Assembly (NCBI GenBank): GCA_044222065.1
Contig: JBGAOA010000029.1
Location: forward strand, 19,130 to 51,529
Origin: Candidatus Eiseniibacteriota bacterium
Lineage (GTDB): Bacteria; Eisenbacteria; RBG-16-71-46
Length of the DNA stretch: 32,400 nucleotides
Direction: 5' to 3'
In this document: one piece after another, positions 1-11,360 of the stretch
Numbering within the stretch: the stretch's first letter is position 1
How the letters are laid out: every line of letters starts with the position of its first letter
Position numbers and translations under genes: made by a program
Notes under the pieces: model-generated
Seen by the model: the letters and a program-made list of their open reading frames with translations, nothing else
What the model was told of the DNA's origin: nothing
The model's database searches: none

Positions 1-2
1 GC

Positions 3-1577
<1,575 letters not shown>

Positions 1578-1583
1578 CGCGGC

Positions 1584-1589
1584 AAGCTA
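1584..1589 (-). promoter_or_regulatory. Putative -10 box (TAGCTT) 6 nt upstream of the kinase ATG; leaderless-type promoter
   Basis: Minus strand reads TAGCTT-gccgcg-ATG with no Shine-Dalgarno. The same geometry occurs at the second kinase. Confidence 0.5.
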
Positions 1590-2021
1590 GTGGCATCGGG
1601 GCGGCGACTCAACCGCAATTTCGAGGCGGGGATCGAGCCCCAAGCGAGGAAGGTCTCTTTGCTCCTCGACGCCTGCGCCCGATTTCGGAACCGCCGGGAG
1701 ACGGCGGACCGCGCCAATCGGCCCCGACGGCTCCTCGACGTGATCCTCGATCCCGCGTCGCGCTCGCGGCCCTCCGCCCCGCGAACGATGCGCGCCGGGC
1801 GAGGACGTCGTGAAGCTGCTCGAGGGTCTCCCGCTGTTCGCTCTCCCGAGATCGCGATCGCGTTCGCGGTGACCAAACGGTGCCCGAGCGAACTTCGCGG
1901 TGGATTGTCACGCGAGCGCTCCACCATACTTCCCGCTCGATCGCGCCTCCGAAACGAGAGCGAGGGCCGGTCGGCCGCACGTCCCGCTGTCCGCCCCCGT
2001 CCCGCGCAGGAGGCCGTCCTC

Positions 2022-5000
2022 ATGCTCGATTCGCGCTCGATTGGCCGTCACCGTTCCGCCCCAGTCCTCCGCGGCCACGCACCCGCCGCGCTTCCGATCG
2101 CGCTCGCAGTCGCGTTGCTCGCGGCGACGACGCCTCGCGCGTCATTGGCCCAGGCATTCAGCGTCGGAGTGCGCTTCGACCTCGTCACCGGCGCGAGTCC
2201 GATCGCGATCGCGACCGGCGACGTGAACGGCGATGGCGCGATCGACCTCGCGGTCGCGAACCTCGCCGCCAACACCGTGTCGGTCCTGCTCGGCGACGGC
2301 GCCGGCGGATACGGCGCGGGCACGGCCTACGCGACCGCCTCGCTTCCGTACTCGGTGGCGATCGGCGACGTGAACGGCGACGGACGGCCCGACCTCATCA
2401 CCGCGAACGGCGGCGCGAGTTCGGTGTCCGTGTTGCTCGGCAACGGGGCCGGCGGGTTCGGCCCCAAGAGCGACTTCGCGACCGGCACGGGGCCCCGCTT
2501 CGTCGCGATCGGCGACCTCAACGCCGACGGTCGCGTCGACCTCGCGGTGGCGAACCTCACCGCGAGCACCGTCTCGGTGCTGATCGGCAACGGCCTCGGC
2601 GGCTTCGCTCCGAAGACCGACTTCGCGACCGGCGCGCAGCCGCAGTCGGTCGCGATCGGAGACGTGAGCGGCGACGGCGTTCCCGACCTCGCGACTTCGA
2701 ACTTCGGCGCCAGCACGCTCTCGGTGCTGCTCGGCAACGGCACCGGAGGCTTCGGTCCCAAGACCGACTTCGCGAGCGGCAGCGGCCCCAGAACCGTGGT
2801 GATGTCCGACTTCAACGGCGACGGAAAGCTCGATCTCGCGGCGTCGAACTACAACTCCAGTTCGATCTCGGTGCTGATCGGCACGGGCGTCGGCGGCTTC
2901 GGCGCGAAGACCGACTTCACCACCGGTCTCAACCCCTTCGCCGTCGCAGTCGGCGACGTCAACGGCGACGGCATCGCCGATCTCGTCGCGCCGAACAACT
3001 CCGCCGCCACGCTCTCGGTCCTGCTCGGAAATGGCGCGGGCGGGTTCTTCGCGAAGTCCGACTTCGCCACCGGATTCGATCCGGCATGGGTCTCGATCGC
3101 CGATGTGAATCGCGACGGCATGTCCGACCTCGTCGCCGCCAATTCGAGCGTGAACACCGCGTCGGTGCTCCTCAACAATGTCGTGGGCGTCTTCGCCGCC
3201 AAGACCGATTTCCCGACCGGCGCCGACACTCGTGGGGTCGCGATCGCGGACCTGAACGGAGACAGCGATCCCGACGTCGCCGCCGTGAGCTTCGGCACGA
3301 GCGTCGTTTCGGTGTTCCTCGGCGACGGCGCCGGCGGTCTGGGCGCGCGGTCGGATTTCGCGAGCGGAGCCGGCTCGATGTCGGTCGCGGTCGGTGACCT
3401 GAACCAGGACGGACGTCCCGACCTCGTCATCGGTCACCTCACGGGATCGGCGGTCTCGGTGCTGCTCGGCACCGGTACGGGAACGTTCGGTCCGAAGAGC
3501 GACTTCACGACCCCCGCCGGGCCCGGGGCCATCGCCCTGGGCGACCTCAATGGCGACGGCCTTCTCGATCTCGCGACTGCCAATCAGAGTGCCGGCTCGG
3601 CGTCGGTGCTTCTCGGCAATGGCACGGGCGGATTCGGAGCCAGCTCAAATTTCACGACTGGCGTCGGGTCGTCGGCCGTGGCGCTCGGTGACTTGAACGG
3701 CGACACCAAGCTCGACATGGTCGTGGCGAACATCGCCGGCATCCTCTCCGTGTTCCTCGGCAACGGCACGGGTGGATTCGGACCAAAGACCGATCTCGTC
3801 GCTCCGATCGGCGGCACCGGGCTGAGCATCGTCGATCTGAATGGCGACCATCGGCTCGACCTGGTGGCCTGCGGCGGCCTCGCGAACCAAATCTCGGTGT
3901 TCCTCGGGGATGGAGCCGGCGGATTCTCCCCGCGCGCCGATATCCCCACCGGAGGACAGGCCTGGGCGATCGCCCTCGAGGATCTGAATCGAGACGGCCG
4001 AATCGATGCCGCGATCGCGGACGAGAACAATTCCTCTGCCGACATTCTGCTCGGGGATGGTGCGGGCGCATTCGGCGTCCGGCGTGTGCAGGCGGCGGGG
4101 TTCGTCGCCAATTCGGTCGCGCTCGGCGACCTCAACCACGACCAGTGTTTCGACCTCGTCGTCGGGAACCAGCTCGGGCCCAGCATCTCGCTGTTGCTCG
4201 GCCTCACACCCACCCGCACGACACTGTCCGCGAGCCCGGCTCTCGCGGTGCTCGGCTCGCCCGTCACTCTGACCGCGACCGTGACGATTCCCTCGCCCGG
4301 ATCGGGCGTGCCGACCGGCTCGGTGCGGTTCTTCGACGGCACGACGCTGCTCGGGACGTCACCCGTCGTCGGCGGGGTCGCCGGCCTTTCCTTGTTCGCG
4401 CCGCGCCTCGGCAACCGGACGCTCACCGCGGTCTACCTGGGCGACGCGCGCCGCCACCACAGCATTTCGCCGAGCATCAGCCAGCGCATCGTCCCGACGG
4501 CCGCCGCCGCGTTCACGAGCATCAAGGACGTGAAGAACGATCAGGGTGGCCAGGTGCGCGCCACGTTCGCGCGCAGCGGCTTCGACTTCCTGGGCTCGAG
4601 CACGCCGATCGCGAACTACCACGTCTATCGCCGGACGGCGATCGCGCTCTCGTCGCCTGCGCCGGCGCGGGCGAGTGAACGTGCGAGCGCGGCGCCGGTT
4701 CCCGACGAGCTGCGGATCGCCGGCTGGGACTTCGTGCTCACGATCCCCGCGACCACGGACGATGTTTACGAAGCCGTCGTGCCGACGCTCGCCGACTCCA
4801 ACGCGAGCGGCTTCCATCGCGCGGTGCTGTTCGTGCGCGCCGCGACCGCGACGCCCGGCGTGTTCTACGACTCGGCGCCGGACTCCGGCCATTCGGTGGA
4901 CAACCTGCCGCCGATTCCGCCCGCACCGTTCACCGGCGCCTACTCCGCGGGAGCGACGCACCTGCACTGGGGCGCGAACTCCGAACCCGACCTCTGGTAC

Positions 5001-5465
5001 TACCGCGTGTATCGCGGCGCGTCCGCGGCCTTCGTTCCCGGGCCGGGCAACCTGATCTCGACGACCGCGGACACGGGCTACGCCGACGTGGGCGCCGCGG
5101 GCAGCTACTACAAGCTGAGCGCCGTGGACGTGAACGGGAACGAGAGCGGATTCGCCGTGCTCACACCCGGAGGCACGGTCGACGTCGCCGGCGGCGACGT
5201 GCCGGAGTTCGCGCTGTCGCCCGCGAGTCCGTGGCGGGGAGGAGCGCTGCGCGTGAAGTTCACGCTTCCGGACGGCACGCACGCGCGGCTCTCGCTGCTC
5301 GATGTGAGCGGACGGCAGATCGAGTCGCGCGACGTCGGCGTCCTCGGCGCCGGCCGTCACGAGGTGGCGCTCGGCGAGCGTCGCCGGCTCGCCTCGGGCC
5401 TCTATTTCGTGCAGCTCCAGCAGGGCGCGCGCAGCGCGGGCGCGAAGGTGATCGTGCTCGAGTAG
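2022..5465 (+). CDS. Secreted FG-GAP/VCBS repeat protein: 14 repeats (two 7-bladed propellers), Big_3-like Ig, DQGG module, Fn3-like domain, T9SS type A/FlgD-like C-terminal domain
   Basis: AGGAGG at 2008-2013 precedes ATG 2022. Signal peptide ends ...PRASLA|Q. There are 14 GDxNxDGxxDL motifs, an Ig segment VTLTATV..PTGSVRFFDGTTLLG..LTAVYLGD, and a C-terminus ...LLDVSGRQI..LASGLYFVQLQQG..KVIVLE. Confidence 0.9.
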   Translation: MLDSRSIGRHRSAPVLRGHAPAALPIALAVALLAATTPRASLAQAFSVGVRFDLVTGASPIAIATGDVNGDGAIDLAVANLAANTVSVLLGDGAGGYGAGTAYATASLPYSVAIGDVNGDGRPDLITANGGASSVSVLLGNGAGGFGPKSDFATGTGPRFVAIGDLNADGRVDLAVANLTASTVSVLIGNGLGGFAPKTDFATGAQPQSVAIGDVSGDGVPDLATSNFGASTLSVLLGNGTGGFGPKTDFASGSGPRTVVMSDFNGDGKLDLAASNYNSSSISVLIGTGVGGFGAKTDFTTGLNPFAVAVGDVNGDGIADLVAPNNSAATLSVLLGNGAGGFFAKSDFATGFDPAWVSIADVNRDGMSDLVAANSSVNTASVLLNNVVGVFAAKTDFPTGADTRGVAIADLNGDSDPDVAAVSFGTSVVSVFLGDGAGGLGARSDFASGAGSMSVAVGDLNQDGRPDLVIGHLTGSAVSVLLGTGTGTFGPKSDFTTPAGPGAIALGDLNGDGLLDLATANQSAGSASVLLGNGTGGFGASSNFTTGVGSSAVALGDLNGDTKLDMVVANIAGILSVFLGNGTGGFGPKTDLVAPIGGTGLSIVDLNGDHRLDLVACGGLANQISVFLGDGAGGFSPRADIPTGGQAWAIALEDLNRDGRIDAAIADENNSSADILLGDGAGAFGVRRVQAAGFVANSVALGDLNHDQCFDLVVGNQLGPSISLLLGLTPTRTTLSASPALAVLGSPVTLTATVTIPSPGSGVPTGSVRFFDGTTLLGTSPVVGGVAGLSLFAPRLGNRTLTAVYLGDARRHHSISPSISQRIVPTAAAAFTSIKDVKNDQGGQVRATFARSGFDFLGSSTPIANYHVYRRTAIALSSPAPARASERASAAPVPDELRIAGWDFVLTIPATTDDVYEAVVPTLADSNASGFHRAVLFVRAATATPGVFYDSAPDSGHSVDNLPPIPPAPFTGAYSAGATHLHWGANSEPDLWYYRVYRGASAAFVPGPGNLISTTADTGYADVGAAGSYYKLSAVDVNGNESGFAVLTPGGTVDVAGGDVPEFALSPASPWRGGALRVKFTLPDGTHARLSLLDVSGRQIESRDVGVLGAGRHEVALGERRRLASGLYFVQLQQGARSAGAKVIVLE

Positions 5466-5534
5466 CGGGGCGGCTCCGGAGTTCCGTCCCGGCTCGTCGA
5501 CAGCGATCGCCGCGATCGCTCGAGGAATCGGCAA

Positions 5535-5564
5535 GGCTGCGAGGCGAGCACGCGCTTCGCAGCC
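5535..5564 (+). terminator. GC-rich 12-bp stem-loop downstream of the FG-GAP gene (one of three hairpins in 5466-5564)
   Basis: GGCTGCGAGGCG...CGCTTCGCAGCC pairs with one G-U; no U-tract follows. Confidence 0.35.
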
Positions 5565-5664
5565 GCCGGGAAGTCGCCGCCTCGTGCCCACCGCAGACGG
5601 TTCACCCGGGCGGGCCCCTTCTAGATGAGTGGGCGGCGCGCCTGTCATTGCGTTCAACTTTCCA

Positions 5665-5694
5665 TTGCAATTCCCAAACACGGGCGGAGATACT
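5665..5694 (+). promoter_or_regulatory. Putative sigma70-type promoter
   Basis: TTGCAA-N18-GATACT in an AT-richer patch about 175 nt upstream of ATG 5868. Confidence 0.4.
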
Positions 5695-5867
5695 GCCCTC
5701 GGCGTTGTCACGGACTCGGACAGGCAACAGGGCCGCAACCCTCACCGACCGAGCCTCCTCAGCGCCGGCCTGATCTCCATCGGGGCGCTCCCCGCAGCCG
5801 CCCTGGACCGGCCCCGGCATCACTCGGGGCGCGGCAGTTCACGCATCCCAGAGGAGGTCTCATCGCA

Positions 5868-8800
5868 ATGTCTACGCATTCGTTCACGCGCGCTTTTGCG
5901 CTCGCTGCGCTCGCCCTCGCGACGACCGTCGCGATCGGCTTCGCCGCGGAGCGCAAGGCGGAAGCTCCGATCCTGAACGGCATGTCGCCGGCGGGACTCC
6001 GGGCCGCCGCCTCGATCAGCGACGATCCGTCCGCGTACCTCGAGCTGCTGCCCGAGAGCAGCCTCGAAGCCGTGCGCGCTTTCGTCGCCGAGACCAAGGC
6101 CCTGGGCCTCGCGTCTCGCACGACCGTGCTCTACCTGCCGGGCCCGACGAACGTGCAGGCCAACAACGTCGCCCTCGCTCCGGACCGCATCGGCGAGAGC
6201 CAGTCCGAGATCGCCGTCTCGGTGTTCCGCGACACGGTCGTGATCGGCTGGAACGACTCCTTCGGCTTCACGGCCGGCGGCGGCACCGGAGCGCCCGGAC
6301 CTCCGACGCTGAGCAGCTTCGCCTACTCGACCAATGGCGGCGCGACGTTCATCGACGGCGGCAACGTGCCGCTCGCGCTCGCGACCGACCAGGCGTTCGG
6401 CGATCCGGGCATCGACACGGACGAGCGCGGCAACTGGTACTCGATCCAGATCTACACGCGCGCGGCGGGCGCTCCGGGCGCGACGGCGCAGCAGAACATC
6501 GCCGTGCACCACGGCCGCTTCAACGGCGCGGGCGTCCTCGTGTGGGATCCGCCGACGCAGGCCATCATCGGCGCGGGCGCCGCGGGCGTCCCGGCCGGCA
6601 ACATGGACAAGTGCCTCATCGCGTGCGACCGCGTGACCGGTAACGTCTACGTCACCGCGACGCGTCTCAGCATCGCGGTCTCGCAGATCGAGATCGCGCG
6701 CTCGACGACGCAGGGCGCGACGTGGGATCCGCCGATCATCCTCGATGCGACCTCGACGCCGACGACCTCGAAGCAGGCCGCGCGGCCGTTCTGCGGACCG
6801 AACGGCGAGGTGTACGTGGTGTGGGAGAAGGGCGCGAACCTGATCAACTGTCCGGACGGGACGGGCAACGTCTCGAATCCGCTCGGCCAGATCGCGTTCA
6901 CGCGTTCGCTCAACTTCGGCGCCAGCTACGATCCGTTCAGCATCATCGGGAACGTGGATCTGACGTTCATGGCGTCGGGCCCCGGCGACCTGCGCGAGCG
7001 CGGGAACGAATTCCCCGACATCGGCGTCGACATGACGAACGGCTGCTACCGCGGAAACATCTACGTGACCTGGCACGAAGCGGGCACGTGGACGAGCAAC
7101 CTCGCGGCGGGGCCGGCGCGCGCCGAAGCCGCGGACGCGGCGAACAACAACCCCACGGGCGCGGAGACGTTCCTGCTCGGCGAGGACGTCACGGGCACGA
7201 TGTCCACGACGGCGGACTTCGACTACTGGACGTTCACCGCGAATCAGGGCGACAACCTGCTCTTCAACCTCGACCCGGGCACGTTCAACTGCGGCGTCAC
7301 GGGCACGACGGCCGGCATGCGGCTGCGGCTGTTCGCCACCCAGAGCCCGTATCCGAACCCCACGGGCTTCCCGGACTCGCTGCTCGCCGCGTCCGCGCAG
7401 GGCACGTTTGCCGACCGCATCGTGTGGACCTGCCCGAAGACCGGCAGCTACGTGATCCGCCTGCAGCGCACGAACGGCACGACGCCGTTCGCCTACCGGC
7501 TGCGCATGCGCACGCTCACGTACACCGCCACGAGCCCGGCGCGCGACGCGCGTGACATCACGCTCGTGCGCTCGACGAACCAGGGCGTCTCGTGGTCGGC
7601 GGAGCAGCGCATCAACGACGATCCGGCCGGCCTCGAGAACCGGCGGCCGTTCGTCGGCGTCAACAACGAAGGCGCCGTGAGCGTGTTCTGGCATGACTCG
7701 CGCGATCCCGGCCTCGGCACGAACGCCGCGCTGACCTCGATCTACGGCACGACGTCGCGCGACGGCGGATTGTCGTGGACGCCGAACTACCCGGTGACGG
7801 ACGAGCTGTCGTTCTTCTCGTTCAACACCATCGGCGTGCCGAACCTCGGCGACTACAACATGGTGTCGGCGAACGGCACGTCGATCTTCCATCCGGCGTG
7901 GACCGACCAGCGCCTGTCCACGGGCGACGTGCGCACGCCCGGCACGAACGTCTTCACCGCGGGCACCGGGCCGAACGCCGTGACCACGGGCGTGGCGTTC
8001 GCGCTCTCGACCGTCTGCCCGCCCGACACGATCGGGGCGCCGGGCGCGACGGTGATTCGCCGCTTCCGGATCCAGAACACCGGCACGGTGCCGGACCAGT
8101 ACACGTACTCCGTCACCGATGCGGCGGGCTGGATCACGGGCGTCAGCGGCACGACGCCGATGCTCCAGGCGTCGAGCTTCTTCGACGTGTTCGTCTCGGT
8201 GCTGATCCCCACGAACTGCACGCCTCCGAGCGACGTCATCACGCTCAACGTGCTGCCGGTGGGCGAGGCGTGCTTCTCGCCGCACGCGTGCGCGACGACG
8301 GTCAATTGCGATCTCGCGACCGCGACGCTCGTCGAGCGCTTCAGCGCGCGCCTCGCGTCGGGCGGCGTGGAACTCGATTGGACGTCGGGCGCCGTGGGCG
8401 CGGTGCGAGAGTGGAACCTGTACCGCTCGCAGAGCGAGACCGACGGCTTCGTGCGGATCAACGCGGCTCCGATCGCGATGCGGAACGGTGGAGACTTCCA
8501 CTACCGTGACGCGGCGGCGCCGGCCGGCCCCCTGTACTACCGCCTCGCGGGCGTGCTCGCGGACGGCAGTGAGGAGGTCATGGAGACCCGGAGCCTGAAC
8601 ACGACGGCCGGCAAGCCGTTCGCGTTCGCGATGGTCGGCTCGAACCCGTTCACGACCCGCACGTCGGTCAGCTACTCGCTGCCGCAGGCGGCGCACGTGA
8701 AGATCGACGTGTTCAGCGTCACCGGGCAGAAGGTGCGTACGCTCGAGAACGGACTGCAGGACGCCGGGACGCACACGGTGTCGTTCAACCGTCAGGACGC

Positions 8801-8891
8801 CGGCGGCCGGAAGCTCGGGGCCGGCATCTACCTCGTGCGCATCACCGCCGGGAGCGACTCCAAGTCGCTTCGCGTGGTCGCCGTGGACTGA
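5868..8891 (+). CDS. Secreted Asp-box/BNR (sialidase-fold) beta-propeller protein with inserted PPC-like domain, Ig-like domains and T9SS type A/FlgD-like C-terminal domain
   Basis: GAGGAGG at 5851-5857 and signal peptide MSTHSFTRAFALAALALATTVAIGFAA. Asp-boxes: STNGGATF, STTQGATW, SLNFGASY, STNQGVSW, SRDGGLSW. PPC-like DFDYWTFTANQGD..TGSYVIRL, Ig-like IQNTGTVPDQY, and C-terminal NPFTTRTSVSYSL..GAGIYLVRI. Confidence 0.88.
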   Translation: MSTHSFTRAFALAALALATTVAIGFAAERKAEAPILNGMSPAGLRAAASISDDPSAYLELLPESSLEAVRAFVAETKALGLASRTTVLYLPGPTNVQANNVALAPDRIGESQSEIAVSVFRDTVVIGWNDSFGFTAGGGTGAPGPPTLSSFAYSTNGGATFIDGGNVPLALATDQAFGDPGIDTDERGNWYSIQIYTRAAGAPGATAQQNIAVHHGRFNGAGVLVWDPPTQAIIGAGAAGVPAGNMDKCLIACDRVTGNVYVTATRLSIAVSQIEIARSTTQGATWDPPIILDATSTPTTSKQAARPFCGPNGEVYVVWEKGANLINCPDGTGNVSNPLGQIAFTRSLNFGASYDPFSIIGNVDLTFMASGPGDLRERGNEFPDIGVDMTNGCYRGNIYVTWHEAGTWTSNLAAGPARAEAADAANNNPTGAETFLLGEDVTGTMSTTADFDYWTFTANQGDNLLFNLDPGTFNCGVTGTTAGMRLRLFATQSPYPNPTGFPDSLLAASAQGTFADRIVWTCPKTGSYVIRLQRTNGTTPFAYRLRMRTLTYTATSPARDARDITLVRSTNQGVSWSAEQRINDDPAGLENRRPFVGVNNEGAVSVFWHDSRDPGLGTNAALTSIYGTTSRDGGLSWTPNYPVTDELSFFSFNTIGVPNLGDYNMVSANGTSIFHPAWTDQRLSTGDVRTPGTNVFTAGTGPNAVTTGVAFALSTVCPPDTIGAPGATVIRRFRIQNTGTVPDQYTYSVTDAAGWITGVSGTTPMLQASSFFDVFVSVLIPTNCTPPSDVITLNVLPVGEACFSPHACATTVNCDLATATLVERFSARLASGGVELDWTSGAVGAVREWNLYRSQSETDGFVRINAAPIAMRNGGDFHYRDAAAPAGPLYYRLAGVLADGSEEVMETRSLNTTAGKPFAFAMVGSNPFTTRTSVSYSLPQAAHVKIDVFSVTGQKVRTLENGLQDAGTHTVSFNRQDAGGRKLGAGIYLVRITAGSDSKSLRVVAVD

Positions 8892-8922
8892 TGTGATCCG
8901 ATCGTAGTTCGAAGAACGAACG

Positions 8923-8958
8923 GCGCGCGGCCACTCGCAAGGGTGGCCGCGCGTGTTT
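8923..8958 (+). terminator. Intrinsic-terminator-like hairpin (14-bp stem, GCAA tetraloop, short U tail)
   Basis: GCGCGCGGCCACTC-GCAA-GGGTGGCCGCGCGT-GTTT, about 30 nt after the stop at 8891. Confidence 0.7.
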
Positions 8959-8974
8959 GGAGGAGGAGCACCCG

Positions 8975-9391
8975 ATGCCGAAGATCAAGACTCGACCGAC
9001 GGCGGCGAGCGTGGCCCGCTTCATCGCGCGCCAGCCCGACGAGCAGATGCGCGCCGACTGCACGGCGCTCGTCACGCTGATGGAGAAGGTGACCGGCGAG
9101 AACGCGGTGATGTGGGGGCCGAGCATCATCGGCTTCGGCACATACCCGCTCCGATACGCCGACGGGAGCACGGCCGACTGGCCCGTCGCCGCGTTCTCGC
9201 CGCGCAAGAAGGACCTGACCGTGTATCTCATGGGCGTGTTCGAGAGCCACCCCGAGCTGATGAAGAAGCTCGGCAAGCACCGCACGGGAAAGGTGTGTCT
9301 CTACCTGCGGCGGCTCGAGGACGTGGACGCGAAGGTCTTGAGGCAGCTCGTCGTGGCCTCGGTGCGGCACGTGCGGAAGAAGTACCGCTAG
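8975..9391 (+). CDS. DUF1801 (YdhG-like) domain protein
   Basis: GGAGGAGGAG precedes ATG 8975. Family-typical motifs KTRPT..SV..FI, MWGPSIIGFG.Y..RY, FSPRK..LTVYL, LGKHRTGKVCLYLRRLEDVD. Confidence 0.88.
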   Translation: MPKIKTRPTAASVARFIARQPDEQMRADCTALVTLMEKVTGENAVMWGPSIIGFGTYPLRYADGSTADWPVAAFSPRKKDLTVYLMGVFESHPELMKKLGKHRTGKVCLYLRRLEDVDAKVLRQLVVASVRHVRKKYR

Positions 9392-9405
9392 AGGAACCGG
9401 GATGC

Positions 9406-9426
9406 GGAGGTTGGAGGTTGGAGGTG
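9406..9426 (+). repeat. Heptamer tandem repeat (GGAGGTT)x3
   Basis: ggaggtt ggaggtt ggaggtg, just downstream of the DUF1801 stop. Confidence 0.8.
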
Positions 9427-9674
9427 TGCCGAGTGCGCTGAGCCAATCACCCCGCTAGTTTGACGGATGGCACGACGAACTTCCGATCACGATTTCGCGA
9501 GAGTCGGCCGACTGGCTCGAAGCGCGCGAACCGATGCGACGCGCCCCCCCTCCGTCGGGTCGTGCCCCGATCCGCGCACGGATTCCCATTTCGATCCTCG
9601 TGGCCGGCACGCGGTGGTGCGGTAGAATTATCGAAGTCGAAGTCGAACTCCGCATCCGCCAAAGGAGGACTCCC

Positions 9675-11354
9675 GTGCGTTCGCGACCCCTCTCGTTCGC
9701 GCTTTCTCTGGCCCTCACTGTGCTGCTTTCGTCCGATCCCGCGCGCGCCGCGTGGGGAACCAGTCCCGTCTCGGGAAGCGTCGCGCTGTGCACGGCGGCC
9801 GGCGAACAGTATGGAGTGAAGGCCGTCGCCGACGGCGCCGGCGGCGCGATCGTCGTGTGGGACGATTTCCGCGCCGGCGTGGGCGCCATCTACGCGCAGC
9901 GCGTCACGGTCGCCGGCAGCGCGAGCTGGGGCACGAACGGTGCGCCGATCCGCCTCGCGACCCAGGCGCTGGACCTGCCGGACGTCGCATCGGACGGAGC
10001 CGGCGGGGCAATCATCGCGTGGTCCGACCATCGCAACGGCACCGACTTCGACGTTTACGCTCAGCGCGTGGACGCGAGCGGTACGCCCCAATGGACCGCC
10101 GGTGGAGTGCTCGTCGGCGGCGGCGCGGGCGATCAGGAGTGGCCGGCGATCGCGCCCGACGGAGCGGGCGGCGCGATCGTGGCCTGGACCAACACGACGT
10201 TCGGAACGTCTCGCACCGTGTGGGCGCAGCGACTCACGCCCGGCGGGGGGCTGTCGTGGGCGACGGGCGGCGTTCAGCTCTCGACCACCCTGGATGACGT
10301 CCAGAGTCTGCTCGCGACGCCGACGAGCGCGGGCGGGGCCGCGTTCGTGTGGAGCCACTGGGACTACAACTTCTTCTTCTTCAGACTCGTCAAGATCCAG
10401 TCGGTCGATTCGGCAGGCACGATCCGCTGGGGCTCCGACGGCCTCGTCGTGGATCCGCAGCCCCAGGTCGGCAGACCGAGACTGAGTTCGGACGGCGCCG
10501 GCGGAGTCATCGTGGGCTGGCAGTCGAACGCCGTGAACTTGCAACGGTTCGACGCAAACGGTGTGGGCCAGTGGGGCACCGGCGGCAATCCCGTCGCCTG
10601 CTTCACTTCGGGATTCGCCGGGCTCACGAGTGACGGCGCGGGCGGCGCCTACGTCGCGGCCACGGCTCCGAACCTGCGCGTGCAGCACGTCAGCGCCTCA
10701 GGCACCTTCGCGTGGGCGCCCGCCGGAGTTCCAGTGTGCACGGCTCCCAATCAGCAGTCGTTCGTCACGCTCGCGAGGGACGCCGCGAACCGACTGACGC
10801 TCGCGTGGTCCGACACCCGGTCTGGCGCGGCCGATCTCTACGTGCAGCGCTTGGACGCCGCGGGAACGGCCACATGGACCGCGGACGGCGTCGCGGTGTG
10901 CACGGCAACTCGCCCCCAGTACTTTCCCGGCCTCGCGCCATCGACGAACTCGGGTTGGATCGTCGCGTGGGAGGACTATCGGAACGGAGCGACCCGCGAC
11001 GTGTACGCGCAACGCGTCAACCGCATCGGAGGCCTCGGCGACGATCCACTCGTCGGCGTGGACGAAGAGGTCGGATCGGCGCTGTCGTTCGCGCCGCCGT
11101 CACCGAACCCCTCGACCGGAACCACCCTGTGCCGCTTCGCGCTCCCGCACGCCGGACGCGCGCATCTTGCGGTCTACGACGCCGCGGGGCGTCTCGTGCG
11201 CACGCTCGCGAACGCGGAACTCGGCCCCGGCGAGCACGTCGCGCGCTGGGACGGCGCGAACGTCGGCGGCGCGCCCGCCCGCAGCGGTCTGTACCTGATC
11301 CGACTCGAGTTCGCCGGACGGACACTGACGCGTCGGGTCGCGCTGACGCGCTGA
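9675..11354 (+). CDS. Secreted 8x DGAGG-repeat (predicted beta-propeller) protein with FlgD/T9SS type A-like C-terminal domain
   Basis: AAAGGAGG precedes GTG 9675, with a TAGAAT -10-like box at 9623-9628. Signal peptide ends PARA|A. Repeats follow DGAGGAIxAW..YAQRV..G...W. C-terminus PSPNPS..AVYDAAGRLVRTL..WDG..SGLYLIRL..RRVALTR. Confidence 0.88.
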   Translation: MRSRPLSFALSLALTVLLSSDPARAAWGTSPVSGSVALCTAAGEQYGVKAVADGAGGAIVVWDDFRAGVGAIYAQRVTVAGSASWGTNGAPIRLATQALDLPDVASDGAGGAIIAWSDHRNGTDFDVYAQRVDASGTPQWTAGGVLVGGGAGDQEWPAIAPDGAGGAIVAWTNTTFGTSRTVWAQRLTPGGGLSWATGGVQLSTTLDDVQSLLATPTSAGGAAFVWSHWDYNFFFFRLVKIQSVDSAGTIRWGSDGLVVDPQPQVGRPRLSSDGAGGVIVGWQSNAVNLQRFDANGVGQWGTGGNPVACFTSGFAGLTSDGAGGAYVAATAPNLRVQHVSASGTFAWAPAGVPVCTAPNQQSFVTLARDAANRLTLAWSDTRSGAADLYVQRLDAAGTATWTADGVAVCTATRPQYFPGLAPSTNSGWIVAWEDYRNGATRDVYAQRVNRIGGLGDDPLVGVDEEVGSALSFAPPSPNPSTGTTLCRFALPHAGRAHLAVYDAAGRLVRTLANAELGPGEHVARWDGANVGGAPARSGLYLIRLEFAGRTLTRRVALTR

Positions 11355-11360
11355 GTCAGG

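Noticed and set aside
2200..4200. Regularly spaced DNA repeats as a CRISPR array
   Set aside because: They are in-frame FG-GAP protein repeats with synonymous variation; the same applies to the NHL and DGAGG repeats.
5715..5775. c-di-GMP-I riboswitch-like words (GGCAAC..GCCGCAA..GGCCTGA)
   Set aside because: The required GAAA-tetraloop P2 stem and receptor architecture cannot be built from this sequence.
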